Position numbers and translations under genes: made by a program. 64,000 bases of DNA, from the IMG/VR virus record IMGVR_UViG_3300033066_002329, positions 24,944-88,943 of that record. One strand, written 5' to 3'. Every line of letters starts with the position of its first letter. Positions within the stretch are counted from its first letter, which is position 1. Under the pieces are notes generated by a model. The model made no database searches. It was not told the DNA's origin and worked only from the letters and a program-made list of their open reading frames with translations. This stretch comes from a virus (lineage: Duplodnaviria; Caudoviricetes). Below are positions 36,090 to 45,924 of this stretch, piece by piece.

Positions 36090-36984
36090 ATTTTACATTC
36101 AATCTTTTTAACTCAGCAAATAACTGCATTGTTATTTCAAAAGTATCCGAACTTGAAGCATCTAAATTAGATAAAAATAAAGTCCATTCAGCTATAAATT
36201 CACTATAAGAAGAAATGTTTTTATCTAAATTTTCAATGTATTCGAATACTGTTTTAGTTAAATAGTCGTCAAATATAATTTTTTTACCTTTTAATGCAAA
36301 TTCTTTTTCAGAATAAAATTTTAAAGTTTCTGAAGAATCTAAAATTTCATAATATAATTTAACAAGTTTACCCATTCTGTTTTTTGTAGTCTCAATGGTT
36401 CTTGTATTTCTCTTTTCATCAAATACCATATGAACATGAGCATCTGAATCAAATTTTAAAAAACTTGCTCCTTCAAAGTCACCATCTTTAGTAAGTTGCC
36501 CAATTAAAATAACAACACCACCAGTTCTATCTTTCCATTCTGTTAAAACATCATAAATATGTCTCATAGCAGCTTCTCTTGTCATTCCTTCTTTTACGAA
36601 GTCAACAGCAATTCTTTGAATAGAATCTAAGATTAAAATTTTAACATCTCCACGCTCTTCAATCATTTTCATAAATAAATTAAAATGAGGAAAGTCTTTG
36701 CTATCAGCAATAAAAGCATTTTTATGAGTAATTTCTAAACGTAAAGTTTGTTTTTTTACCAAAGAACTTAACATCTCTCTTGAGTAAAAAGCTGAAACAT
36801 GGTCTGAAATAAGAGATTGTATTTTTTTACAAAGAGTTGTTTTACCAGCCCCTGAAGTACCAGTTAAAAATATTAAATTAGCCCATTCAATACCACCTTG
36901 TGTAGAAAATAAGTTGTCTAATTTTTCATCTCCAGTTCTTACTGCTGCTACTGAGGATAATTCAACGTCTTGATAATTTTTCAT
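36079..36984 (-). CDS. RadA/Sms-like RecA-fold ATPase lacking the Zn finger and Lon-like domain
   Basis: TGDEKLD, GTSGAGKTT, LILDSIQ, GQLTKDGDFEG, KNRMG (KNRFG motif). Confidence 0.8.
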   Translation of the reverse strand: MKNYQDVELSSVAAVRTGDEKLDNLFSTQGGIEWANLIFLTGTSGAGKTTLCKKIQSLISDHVSAFYSREMLSSLVKKQTLRLEITHKNAFIADSKDFPHFNLFMKMIEERGDVKILILDSIQRIAVDFVKEGMTREAAMRHIYDVLTEWKDRTGGVVILIGQLTKDGDFEGASFLKFDSDAHVHMVFDEKRNTRTIETTKNRMGKLVKLYYEILDSSETLKFYSEKEFALKGKKIIFDDYLTKTVFEYIENLDKNISSYSEFIAEWTLFLSNLDASSSDTFEITMQLFAELKRLNVKYGL

Positions 36985-37012
36985 TTTCTTTGTTTTTGTT
37001 TCTAAATTATTA

Positions 37013-37038
37013 TACGTTTACAATTTAGAAAGGTTTCA
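37013..37038 (-). promoter_or_regulatory. ECF/sigmaW-type promoter TGAAAC-N16-CGTA(TAA)
   Basis: Exact motif upstream of the RadA-like gene. Confidence 0.85.
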
Positions 37039-37051
37039 AAAAAAATGAAAA

Positions 37052-38389
37052 TTATGATAATAAGGAAATTATATTTTTTGCATCTTGATAAGATTTAGCC
37101 AAATATCTTCTCTGGCCTGTCTCTTTAGACATATGAGTTATCTTAAAAAGATTGCAAATTGTTAAAAAATCTAATACTTCCTTTTCTTTATATTGAATTC
37201 CTTCTTTAGTTAATTCACTTAATAGAGTTGGATAAGACATTAAATCATCACCAACTTGCAAAGTCCCCTTATTAAATAAAACTTCTAAAAAAGAAATATA
37301 ACTTGAGTTTTTCTCAATTCCCTGAGCCTTTAGTTCTTCTAACGATGATTTTGGAATTTCAACTTTTATTTCTTTCACATCTTCTTTAACAGGTATAAAC
37401 TCGCCTGAATTATCGGCTATATATTTCATTACTTCTTCTTTATTTGAAGTATCTACTACAACTTCTGATATAGGCTCAATTGCAGCTTCAACTTCTTTTG
37501 AAATATCCTCTTTGGCTTCTATCAAAACATCGCCTAAAGATTCTGCTGTGTTATTTGGCTCAGGCTCCTTTTTATTATCTACATTTTTCTTAAATTCTTT
37601 TTCTATAGAAAGATTGGTTGCAATTACAAGAGATACAGCTAATGGGTCAAAAACAAATATTAATAATAAAATAAAAAAATTAACAACAGAATCCATATCT
37701 TTACCTGTTAATTTAGCTATATATCTTAAAGGTCCTACTTCACTATTAATGTCATTATTTTTTAAATCAATAACTTCAAGGTCTAAACTTGAAATCTCTG
37801 AATATTTTCTTTGTATCTGAGCTGTTAGTGTATCTACTTCTACAGTAGTCATTGATATTTCTTTAGTTGATTGCTCTATTTGAGTTTCTACTCTTTTTGC
37901 CGCTGCAGTTTGTCTTCTATTATATAAACTATCTACTCTAGCTTCTTGTTTTGTTCTTAAATCTACAAGTGATTGAACTCTATTGCTTTTTAATTTTTTA
38001 TTTTCTTCCAATCTTGTTATCTCTGAGTTTATAATAGTTTTTTTCTTATCAACTAATTCAACCTGAGAATCTACATTTTGAAGTTTATTAGATGTTACAG
38101 AATAAGCATTTGAAAGGAAGCCATAAATACCAAGGCTTGTAATAATCATTACAGTTATTACACCCAACGTTAAATAAGTTTTCATTTGCCATTTAAGGTC
38201 ATTCCAATATCTATGTAAGAATGATGCTGTAACTAATTTAGCAAATTCTAAAGCAGATGCCATAATGATAACTTCTGTCTTAGCTCCACCAAATAATTTT
38301 GATAAACCTGTAACTGAAAAAAAAGCTGCTGCGCCAGCTAATGATAATGCAGATAAAGCTATTAGTAATGGAAATATATATTTTTTCAT
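37052..38389 (-). CDS. Multi-TM coiled-coil membrane protein
   Basis: Three N-terminal TM helices, a long coiled coil, VGPLRYIA, then FVFDPLAVSL. Confidence 0.75.
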   Translation of the reverse strand: MKKYIFPLLIALSALSLAGAAAFFSVTGLSKLFGGAKTEVIIMASALEFAKLVTASFLHRYWNDLKWQMKTYLTLGVITVMIITSLGIYGFLSNAYSVTSNKLQNVDSQVELVDKKKTIINSEITRLEENKKLKSNRVQSLVDLRTKQEARVDSLYNRRQTAAAKRVETQIEQSTKEISMTTVEVDTLTAQIQRKYSEISSLDLEVIDLKNNDINSEVGPLRYIAKLTGKDMDSVVNFFILLLIFVFDPLAVSLVIATNLSIEKEFKKNVDNKKEPEPNNTAESLGDVLIEAKEDISKEVEAAIEPISEVVVDTSNKEEVMKYIADNSGEFIPVKEDVKEIKVEIPKSSLEELKAQGIEKNSSYISFLEVLFNKGTLQVGDDLMSYPTLLSELTKEGIQYKEKEVLDFLTICNLFKITHMSKETGQRRYLAKSYQDAKNIISLLS

Positions 38390-38425
38390 AAGTGAAAAAT
38401 AATAATTTATTTGTAAAAAATCAAA

Positions 38426-38887
38426 TTACTTTTCACCTGGTTCTAAATCACTATGATTATTATCTCCAATTCCATGAGCTTTTTTAAATTTTTTTATTAA
38501 GCCCTGTAAATAAGAAGTAGGTCTTCCTTGAGTTTTAGAGTTTGGTCTAAGGTCTTCTAAGTGTTTTTTCGTCCACTTATTAACTTCCCCATCATCATTT
38601 ATATAATCATCATAATTGTAATACCAAGTGTCTTTATACCATAAGTATAAAGGATGTTGTTCTCCATAAGAATAAGCTACATACATTTCACCTAAATCTC
38701 CAAGGTCTTCACCATAAGTATGAGAACCAACAAAATTTTGTCTATTATTTACACTTTCTGCAGCTTCTTTATTTGTAATTCTTTCCTCATCCAAGATTTG
38801 TTCATCCATCATACCTTGAAATTCCTGTATAATAGATTCTGCTATCTCAAAAGATTCTTTAATTATTTTATTGATGTTGATATTCAT
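38426..38887 (-). CDS. Hypothetical protein, possibly virion-associated
   Basis: N-terminal INKIIKES motif; TATTTAT upstream. Confidence 0.7.
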   Translation of the reverse strand: MNININKIIKESFEIAESIIQEFQGMMDEQILDEERITNKEAAESVNNRQNFVGSHTYGEDLGDLGEMYVAYSYGEQHPLYLWYKDTWYYNYDDYINDDGEVNKWTKKHLEDLRPNSKTQGRPTSYLQGLIKKFKKAHGIGDNNHSDLEPGEK

Positions 38888-38964
38888 GTAAATTTTATTA
38901 TAAATATCCTAAAAAACAAAAAACCCTCTAAAATTAGAGGGTTTTTTAATTGTTTTATTTCAAA

Positions 38965-39441
38965 TTAGAATGGTAAATCATCCATTGCTTCACTTGAAAA
39001 AGAATTGTTTGCAAATGCACCAGCTGGTGTATTTGCATAAGCCTCAGCTTGCTTAGAAGCTTCTGTTACAGCTTGTTTTTCTACTCCTGCTTCTCCGTTA
39101 GAAGATTTTCCTTTAGCAACAAGTAAAATTTTTGATGCTGCTATTTTTGTAAATTTTTGTTTTTTACCTTCTTTATCAGTATACTCTTCATATCTTAAAG
39201 AACCTTCTACATACCATCTGTCTCCAGATTTTACATAGTTACCAGCAAATTTAGCTTGTTCTCCCCAAAGCTCAATGTTATGCCACTCTGTTTGAGTTTG
39301 TTTAACACCATCTTTGTCTTTATAAGACCTGTTAGTAGCTAAAGAAAATTTAGCCACTTGCTGGCTACCATCTTTTACAAATTTCACTTCGGCATCTTTG
39401 CCTACTGAACCCATTAGGGTTACGTTGTTTACTCCATCCAT
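38965..39441 (-). CDS. ssb: Single-stranded DNA-binding protein
   Basis: NNVTLMGSVGKDAE, TEWHNI, YVEGSL, acidic DDLPF tail. Confidence 0.97.
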   Translation of the reverse strand: MDGVNNVTLMGSVGKDAEVKFVKDGSQQVAKFSLATNRSYKDKDGVKQTQTEWHNIELWGEQAKFAGNYVKSGDRWYVEGSLRYEEYTDKEGKKQKFTKIAASKILLVAKGKSSNGEAGVEKQAVTEASKQAEAYANTPAGAFANNSFSSEAMDDLPF

Positions 39442-39543
39442 GTTATATTTTATTTTAAATTAAGTTATACAAATATAGGTATATTACAGGGAAATATCAA
39501 CTTTTTTTCACTATTTATTATAAAACTTATTAACATTTTTATT

Positions 39544-41277
39544 ATGTCACAAGAATTAAAAAAAATAATTAGAGAAGCTTTCAATAATGCTTATAAAAAC
39601 TATACTTCTAAAATTATATCAGAAGCTATTACAGGAAATGTAGAGCAGGCCCTTAAGAGTGTTATTGCAAATCCAGAAATAGCTAAAAGATATGCTTGGG
39701 TACCTCAAGGGTCATCAAATAAAGCTCTTAATCAAACAGAGTTTAATTCATTTGTAAATGAATTATATAAAATGCTTTCTAAAACAGATTTACCAAAGTT
39801 AAAACAAATTATGTTATCATTATATGGACCAGATAATACAGCCTTATATAATGTAGCAAAAAATCAAATAATATCAACACTTAAAACAGTTCCAAACGAA
39901 GAAGATATGGTAGATTCTTATCTTGATGGATGGAATAAGATATTTTTAGGTAATGTTGAAACTAAAACAAGTAAAGATAATAGACACTTAAACCCTGAAG
40001 CACAACCAGAATTTTATAAAAATTTTGACCAATTTGTAGCAGAATATGACCCAAGAAAAAACCCAAATTTCGGTTCTTATATTTCTCAAGTCTTACAAAA
40101 CGCTATATTAGATTCTTATAAATTTGCTATTGAAGATTCTAATAAGAAAACTTCTCTCGATGCACCTTCAAGAACTACAGGCAAGCCTACAGATGTTGAT
40201 TCTGGAGAAGATTTTGGTTCAGATGCATTACACGCAGGAAGCACTGAAGATACACTAAGAGATTTTGGAGGAGCATTTGATGATACTGAAAATTCTGCAT
40301 CATCTTCTACAGATGATTTAGAAAATGTAGATTCAGAATTTGAATTAAGTTCAGATGATGAATCTGGAAACACATTAGGCTCAGATTTAGAGAATGATTT
40401 AGGAGATTCAGGAGATGGGTCTTCTAATGAAAAAACAGCCAAAGGAGTTGCAAGGTTAATGATTAAGAGATTATTTAAATCTTTAACAGAAGCTATCTCT
40501 GAATTTAGACAAGATGAAAATCCAACTCAAAATACAGAAAAAGCATTTTTAGCGATTGAAAAATTAATGACTGGCATGAGACCAAAAGAAGCAAGTGAAG
40601 CTTTAGGTTATAATGCTACAACAGCCCTAGCGGATTTAAAGAAAAACAAGAAATTTATCAAAATGATAGACCTTTATTTACGTGCTAATAAATTTGTAAA
40701 TTCCAGAGGTAAAATAGATTCTTTCTTAAATATTGCACCAATATATATATCTGATGCAGCTAAGTTTTTACAAACTGGAGAATTTACAAATGTAGACTTA
40801 GACGCAAGAAATAATGGTGCATCATATGCTGACGAAACAGATTTATCTCCTGATAGTCCTAATAGCTTAAAAGATATGCTGAAAGCTGTTATAGCTCTCA
40901 AGAAAGCTTCTAAAAATTTATCTAATGATTCAGACCATCAAGTTATAAATTCTCTTTTACAAGGAATAAGCCCTGAAACTATCAATAAAAAAACTGGTGT
41001 TAATCCAGATGAGGTTTTAAATACATTAAAAGCTAATCCTGCTTTTGAAATGTTTAATAAGTTAACCGCTCAAGATGTTGCTGATGCTGCAAAATCAATT
41101 AAAGCAGGTAAAATTTCAAAAGCTACGCCAGCTAATACAGAAGAAGAATTACAAGAAAGTACTTTTTGGTTTTTGCAAAATGTCATTAAAGAAGAAGTAG
41201 AAATGAAAAAATTTATTTCAGAAAACATTACTACGATAATGGAAAATGTTTATAAAAAACTCGCTAAAAATCTATAA
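39544..41277 (+). CDS. Divergent sigma-factor-like protein
   Basis: YDPRKNPNFGSYISQVLQNAILD resembles region 2.3-2.4; TSLDAP resembles region 3.2; long acidic tract; two HTH-like segments. Confidence 0.5.
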   Translation: MSQELKKIIREAFNNAYKNYTSKIISEAITGNVEQALKSVIANPEIAKRYAWVPQGSSNKALNQTEFNSFVNELYKMLSKTDLPKLKQIMLSLYGPDNTALYNVAKNQIISTLKTVPNEEDMVDSYLDGWNKIFLGNVETKTSKDNRHLNPEAQPEFYKNFDQFVAEYDPRKNPNFGSYISQVLQNAILDSYKFAIEDSNKKTSLDAPSRTTGKPTDVDSGEDFGSDALHAGSTEDTLRDFGGAFDDTENSASSSTDDLENVDSEFELSSDDESGNTLGSDLENDLGDSGDGSSNEKTAKGVARLMIKRLFKSLTEAISEFRQDENPTQNTEKAFLAIEKLMTGMRPKEASEALGYNATTALADLKKNKKFIKMIDLYLRANKFVNSRGKIDSFLNIAPIYISDAAKFLQTGEFTNVDLDARNNGASYADETDLSPDSPNSLKDMLKAVIALKKASKNLSNDSDHQVINSLLQGISPETINKKTGVNPDEVLNTLKANPAFEMFNKLTAQDVADAAKSIKAGKISKATPANTEEELQESTFWFLQNVIKEEVEMKKFISENITTIMENVYKKLAKNL

Positions 41278-41306
41278 CAAAAAAGCCCGAAATTAATCGG
41301 GCTTTT

Positions 41307-41552
41307 TTATTGTTCTCTCATTACAATAGTTTCAAAATTATCATTCTCCACTTTTAATAATTTACCATCATTATCAATTTTGTATATGTTTAAGTCTGCA
41401 TCAAACAGAACTTTAGAATAATTCATATTCTTCTCTGAAAGAATAGAATCTTTTAGTATGTCTCTAACTCTTAATTGTAATCTATCTTTTTTTGGAGATA
41501 GATAGTTTTCAAACATTACTTTTACTTCGCTATAAAATTTTTCATTATTCAT
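41307..41552 (-). CDS. Hypothetical protein
   Basis: 81-aa ORF. Confidence 0.6.
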   Translation of the reverse strand: MNNEKFYSEVKVMFENYLSPKKDRLQLRVRDILKDSILSEKNMNYSKVLFDADLNIYKIDNDGKLLKVENDNFETIVMREQ

Positions 41553-41561
41553 GTAACAAAT

Positions 41562-42044
41562 TTAGCATTTTTTACTATAAAAACAAATTATATGTTTAAG
41601 AGTTTTTTCTTTTTTTGTTATAGATTCTTTGAATCCTGTTAATAATTTTTCTGGCAAATTATCTATATCAAACCAGCCATAATCCATTGCTTCTCCAGCG
41701 CTTTTTAAGTCTGGTATAAATTCCTCTGAAAATATACCTACATAAGTATAAAATGAACTATGATTATTATTATTAACATAAAGTGGTAAACGAGAAATAT
41801 TATACTTACCAGTATATTTACTTTCTTCTGCAAACTCTCTTTTTGCAGTATCTTTTGGACCATTATCAACTCCTTCTTCAAATTTACCACCAAAACAAGC
41901 CCATGTACCTGGATTAGATTGGTGCATACCTCTTTGAACTAGAAGAATTTTTCCAGTTGTTCCACAAATAGGCAATATGCCAGCTGCTATTTTTTTTCCA
42001 GTTTCCATATTAATAAATATAAAATAATTACTATTTTTCACCAA
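41562..42044 (-). CDS. NUDIX hydrolase
   Basis: GGKFEEGVDNGPKDTAKREFAEE Nudix box. Confidence 0.9.
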   Translation of the reverse strand: MVKNSNYFIFINMETGKKIAAGILPICGTTGKILLVQRGMHQSNPGTWACFGGKFEEGVDNGPKDTAKREFAEESKYTGKYNISRLPLYVNNNNHSSFYTYVGIFSEEFIPDLKSAGEAMDYGWFDIDNLPEKLLTGFKESITKKEKTLKHIICFYSKKC

Positions 42045-43524
42045 ATAAACTTACCATAAAATATAATTTATGTTTACTCCTTGAAACTGCTACATAATGT
42101 ATATTTCTTGGCTCTATATTTATCTCATCTTCTGGGTCAAATGATATTTTTTCAAGTTGTTTTTTTGATAGATAAGGAAGTAGTCCAACTTCTTCCAATA
42201 AAGTAGGAGCTATAGAATTAACAACAATACAAGTGTCAAATTCTCTACCCTTACTTTTATGTATGGTAGTAATAAATTTATTAGAATTTTTATTTCTTTC
42301 AATGAAATGCATTATTTCATTTTCATCTGAAAAATAATCTTTAAGTTTTTTTAATTTATTTCTGAGAGTTTGATGTATCTCTCCTTTATTAAAGTTTTTT
42401 AAATCTGTAGGAGTAATAAAATTAAAATATCTCATAGGAACTTTTCGTGATAATAAAATCATTTCTAATTTTTTAATCACATCATTTGTTCTAACAAGAA
42501 CAGCCACTTCTTCATTAGTATCAAGCATTTCCATAAGATGGTCAACACTTCTGATTACCTTATTATCTACATAACCTTCTTCTTGGCTATTTGCATGAGC
42601 TTTTAACGATGAATATTTATTAGAATTTTCGACTATAAGTTTATCACTCCTGAAATTTACAGACAAAGACATTTCTACTGTATCTGGTCTCCTTTCTTTA
42701 AGCATTTCCTCTAAAAGTTCGCAGTTAGCACCAGAATAACCATATATACTTTGATTTCTATCTCCAATCAAATAATAACATTTGGCATTTAATGATAATA
42801 AAATTTGCAATTGAATAGTACTTGTATCTTGATATTCATCAACAAATATATAATCATATTTTCCTCTAAACATTTTAAGCCACTTATCTTCTCTGAATAA
42901 ATCTCTAACCTCAATAAGCATATCAGAAAAATCTCTTGAGCGAGTTTGTTTTAAAAATTTACTATATTCAATAAGATATTGTGGAACCATACATTTAATT
43001 CCTTCAGCTGCTTGTAATTTATAAGCTGCTATAGCAGAAGAAAAGTAATCACTGTCCTCATACAATGAACCTATAGTATTATAATAAAAATCTTTTTCTT
43101 CAGAAGTAGCGCTGTGAGAAGGTTTATATTCATCTTGAAACCATTGAATAAAATCATAAAAAGTTACTACTTTTTTAAATTTACCAGTTTTCATTAAAAT
43201 GGCTTGACAAAAAGAATGTATAGTAGTAATTTTTATTTGGTCATTTCCAATTCTTTTTTGTAACTCTTCAGTTGCAGCTCTTGTAAAAGAGAAAAAAATA
43301 AGTCTTGATGGGTCTACTCCTCTTGCTAATAATTCTTTTAATCTTTGAGTACAGCTATATGTTTTACCAGCGCCAGCTGTAGCAGCTAATATTATAGAAT
43401 TATCTCCATCATGCTTAATAAATGTATATTGTTCCTCTGTATATTTAGGCCCTTCAATTTCATCCAATAGACTTAACTGAGGAGAGTTTTCCGCTTTCCT
43501 TAAAACAAGTTTTCTTTTGGCCAT
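42031..43524 (-). CDS. UvrD/Rep-family helicase
   Basis: AGAGKT, TIHSF, VDEYQD, GDRNQSIY, TIHKSKGREF, YVAVSR. Confidence 0.95.
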   Translation of the reverse strand: MAKRKLVLRKAENSPQLSLLDEIEGPKYTEEQYTFIKHDGDNSIILAATAGAGKTYSCTQRLKELLARGVDPSRLIFFSFTRAATEELQKRIGNDQIKITTIHSFCQAILMKTGKFKKVVTFYDFIQWFQDEYKPSHSATSEEKDFYYNTIGSLYEDSDYFSSAIAAYKLQAAEGIKCMVPQYLIEYSKFLKQTRSRDFSDMLIEVRDLFREDKWLKMFRGKYDYIFVDEYQDTSTIQLQILLSLNAKCYYLIGDRNQSIYGYSGANCELLEEMLKERRPDTVEMSLSVNFRSDKLIVENSNKYSSLKAHANSQEEGYVDNKVIRSVDHLMEMLDTNEEVAVLVRTNDVIKKLEMILLSRKVPMRYFNFITPTDLKNFNKGEIHQTLRNKLKKLKDYFSDENEIMHFIERNKNSNKFITTIHKSKGREFDTCIVVNSIAPTLLEEVGLLPYLSKKQLEKISFDPEDEINIEPRNIHYVAVSRSKHKLYFMVSLFGEK

Positions 43525-43531
43525 AATTTAA

Positions 43532-44374
43532 TTACTTTACAGTAGTAGCAGTTTTAGCTTTTTCAACAATTTTTTTAATTATTGTTTTAGTATCTGCAGG
43601 AAAATCAGACGCATTAACATACCAATCATAATATCCTGGGTCTCCAATCATTGACTCTGCAACTAATTTTCCTGCATATTTTAATTTTACAGCAGGATTA
43701 AACACAGGCCTTTGCTGTTCATTCATAACAATTAAACCTCCAATATCCAGATGTTTTTTATTCTTACAAAAAGCACTACTCAAAGATTCTGCCGTAGCTT
43801 CTATTTTAACATTCTCATTGTTTTGATTCACATGCTCAATACCATTGTATTTAGAAATCATACCGTTTAAAATATCAAAATACATTTCTGTAGTTTGTTC
43901 AGAACCTGGCTTTTTTTCTAATTGAGAATTACAATAGAATTTATATGCTGCATTTAAATCTCTTGGCTCCATTGAATGATAAATTGTTGCTAAATCTATA
44001 ATATTTCTATTATGAGCTAAAAATTCAATACCAGCTCTATTAAACTCTTCAGATAAAATTCTTAAGTCAAACTTAGAGATATTAAATCCAACAAAATCAC
44101 AACCTTCAAGAAATTTAGATACTGATTCAGCAATATCCTTAAATTTAGGTTTTGATTTTACCATTTCATCTGTAATACCATGAATGTTTGTTGCTTCTTG
44201 AGAAATAGGCATTTCTGGATTAATCAATCTTGTACCTGTTGTTTTTTCTCCTGTAACATTGTCTACTTTTGTAAAAGACATTTCAACTATTCTATCTTTT
44301 GATAAAGATAAGCCTGTAGTTTGAACCTTAATGAATACTAAAGGTTTTGTGTGCGCTAAATTTAAATTACCCAT
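43532..44374 (-). CDS. DnaQ/epsilon-like exonuclease homologue with degenerate catalytic residues
   Basis: LVFIKVQTTG where FDLETTG is expected; GFNISKFD retained; ExoIII His/Asp not evident. Confidence 0.8.
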   Translation of the reverse strand: MGNLNLAHTKPLVFIKVQTTGLSLSKDRIVEMSFTKVDNVTGEKTTGTRLINPEMPISQEATNIHGITDEMVKSKPKFKDIAESVSKFLEGCDFVGFNISKFDLRILSEEFNRAGIEFLAHNRNIIDLATIYHSMEPRDLNAAYKFYCNSQLEKKPGSEQTTEMYFDILNGMISKYNGIEHVNQNNENVKIEATAESLSSAFCKNKKHLDIGGLIVMNEQQRPVFNPAVKLKYAGKLVAESMIGDPGYYDWYVNASDFPADTKTIIKKIVEKAKTATTVK

Positions 44375-44384
44375 TTTTATTTTT

Positions 44385-44651
44385 TTAAATTGTTATAAAT
44401 TCTTCTTTTATAATACTATCAATAATTTTTTTATCTTTTTCAGAAATTTCTTCTTCAATTTCTTCTAAAAATTTAACTTCATTTTTTTTTGTACAAAAGA
44501 CAATCATACAATCATCTTTAACAATTAAAAATCTCATTGAATCTTTATTAGTGCAAAGATATAAAATTTTTTCATTTATAATAATTTTTTTTTCACCATT
44601 TTGAAAAAATTTTTCTTTCTCTAAAAGAAAATATTTATTTTTTATTATCAT
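44385..44651 (-). CDS. Hypothetical protein
   Basis: 88-aa ORF coupled to the sigma gene. Confidence 0.55.
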   Translation of the reverse strand: MIIKNKYFLLEKEKFFQNGEKKIIINEKILYLCTNKDSMRFLIVKDDCMIVFCTKKNEVKFLEEIEEEISEKDKKIIDSIIKEEFITI

Positions 44652-45541
44652 GAAAGCTTACAATTTAAAAACTCTCTTAATTTTGAACTTTTTTCATAAG
44701 CTCTTAACTTACGTATAGATTGCTCTTTAATTTGTCTAACCCTTTCATTTGTAAGGCCCAGTTTATCACCTATTTCCTTAAGAGTAAGTTCAGGGAATCC
44801 ATTAAGTCCAAAAAAGTAATTTAAAATTTGAGTTTCTCTTTCAGTTAAACCATCTAAAACATTGTTAATTTCTGTTTTTAAAGATTCTCCATTCATTTTA
44901 CCATCTACATCTTCTAATGTCTCTCCAGGAATAATATCTATCAATTCTCCCTCTGAATCTTCAGATAATTTTTGGTCAAATGAATAACATCTATTTGTAT
45001 CTATATATGTTGATTTTATTTCTTCATCACTAAGCTCTGTAATTTCCTGTATTTCTTCGGGAGTAGGTTCTCTATCTAATTGATGAGTTAAATATTCAGT
45101 TGCTTTACTCACTTTTCCAATTACATTAATTTTATTAATTGGAAGTCTTACTAAACTACCTTTTTCATAAATGTATTGCATAATTGATTGTCTAATCCAC
45201 CATACAGCATATGAAATAAATTTATATCCTTTTGTTTCATCGAATTTATCTACAGCCTTAATTAAACCAATATTTCCTTCATTTATTAAGTCTTCTACTT
45301 CTATGTTAAACCTCTGATATTCTTTTGCAATAGTTAATACGAATCTTAAGTTACATTCTATTAATTTTTGCATAGCTTTTCCGTCTCCAGCTTTAGCTAA
45401 TTTTGCCAATTCTATTTGTTCTTTACCGTCAATTTGTTCAATTTTTCTTAAATCTTTAAAATAATTTTTTAAAGATATACTGTTGCCACTAATTGTTAAT
45501 TCTGTCTTGCTTGCCATATTTATTTTTTTTAATCGTTCCAA
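44648..45541 (-). CDS. Sigma70-family factor resembling the compact Bacteroidota primary sigma
   Basis: NLRFVLTIAK, DLINEGNIGL, KGYKFISYAVWWIRQSI, VRLP, LGLTNERVRQI. Confidence 0.95.
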   Translation of the reverse strand: MERLKKINMASKTELTISGNSISLKNYFKDLRKIEQIDGKEQIELAKLAKAGDGKAMQKLIECNLRFVLTIAKEYQRFNIEVEDLINEGNIGLIKAVDKFDETKGYKFISYAVWWIRQSIMQYIYEKGSLVRLPINKINVIGKVSKATEYLTHQLDREPTPEEIQEITELSDEEIKSTYIDTNRCYSFDQKLSEDSEGELIDIIPGETLEDVDGKMNGESLKTEINNVLDGLTERETQILNYFFGLNGFPELTLKEIGDKLGLTNERVRQIKEQSIRKLRAYEKSSKLREFLNCKLS

Positions 45542-45924
45542 TTTAATTTTTCGACAAATGATTTTAATGCTTTTAATTGAGCTTCGCTCAACAAAAACAT
45601 TTCCGCTTTGCCAAATTCATTATTATCATTTAATCCTGTAACAGATATAGAAAGAAATCTATTTTCTACACCTCTTTGTTTATTAGACCTTAAATCTATT
45701 TCAAGAATTCCTCCATCACTTGAAAGTCTGCAAAATGAACCATTTTCTTCAAAGCTAACGCCTGAAGGCATTTCAATTTGTTCCCCTGTAGGATTAGGAT
45801 TATTGCTTGCGCTAATACCCTCATTCCCCATCATACCAGTATCTTGATTGAAGTTATACATGTCCTTGCCATTATTATCACCAAAATCATATTGTTTTTT
45901 GTTATTATTTTCTCCTGAATTCAT
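45529..45924 (-). CDS. Hypothetical protein
   Basis: 131-aa ORF overlapping the sigma start. Confidence 0.65.
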   Translation of the reverse strand: MNSGENNNKKQYDFGDNNGKDMYNFNQDTGMMGNEGISASNNPNPTGEQIEMPSGVSFEENGSFCRLSSDGGILEIDLRSNKQRGVENRFLSISVTGLNDNNEFGKAEMFLLSEAQLKALKSFVEKLNWND

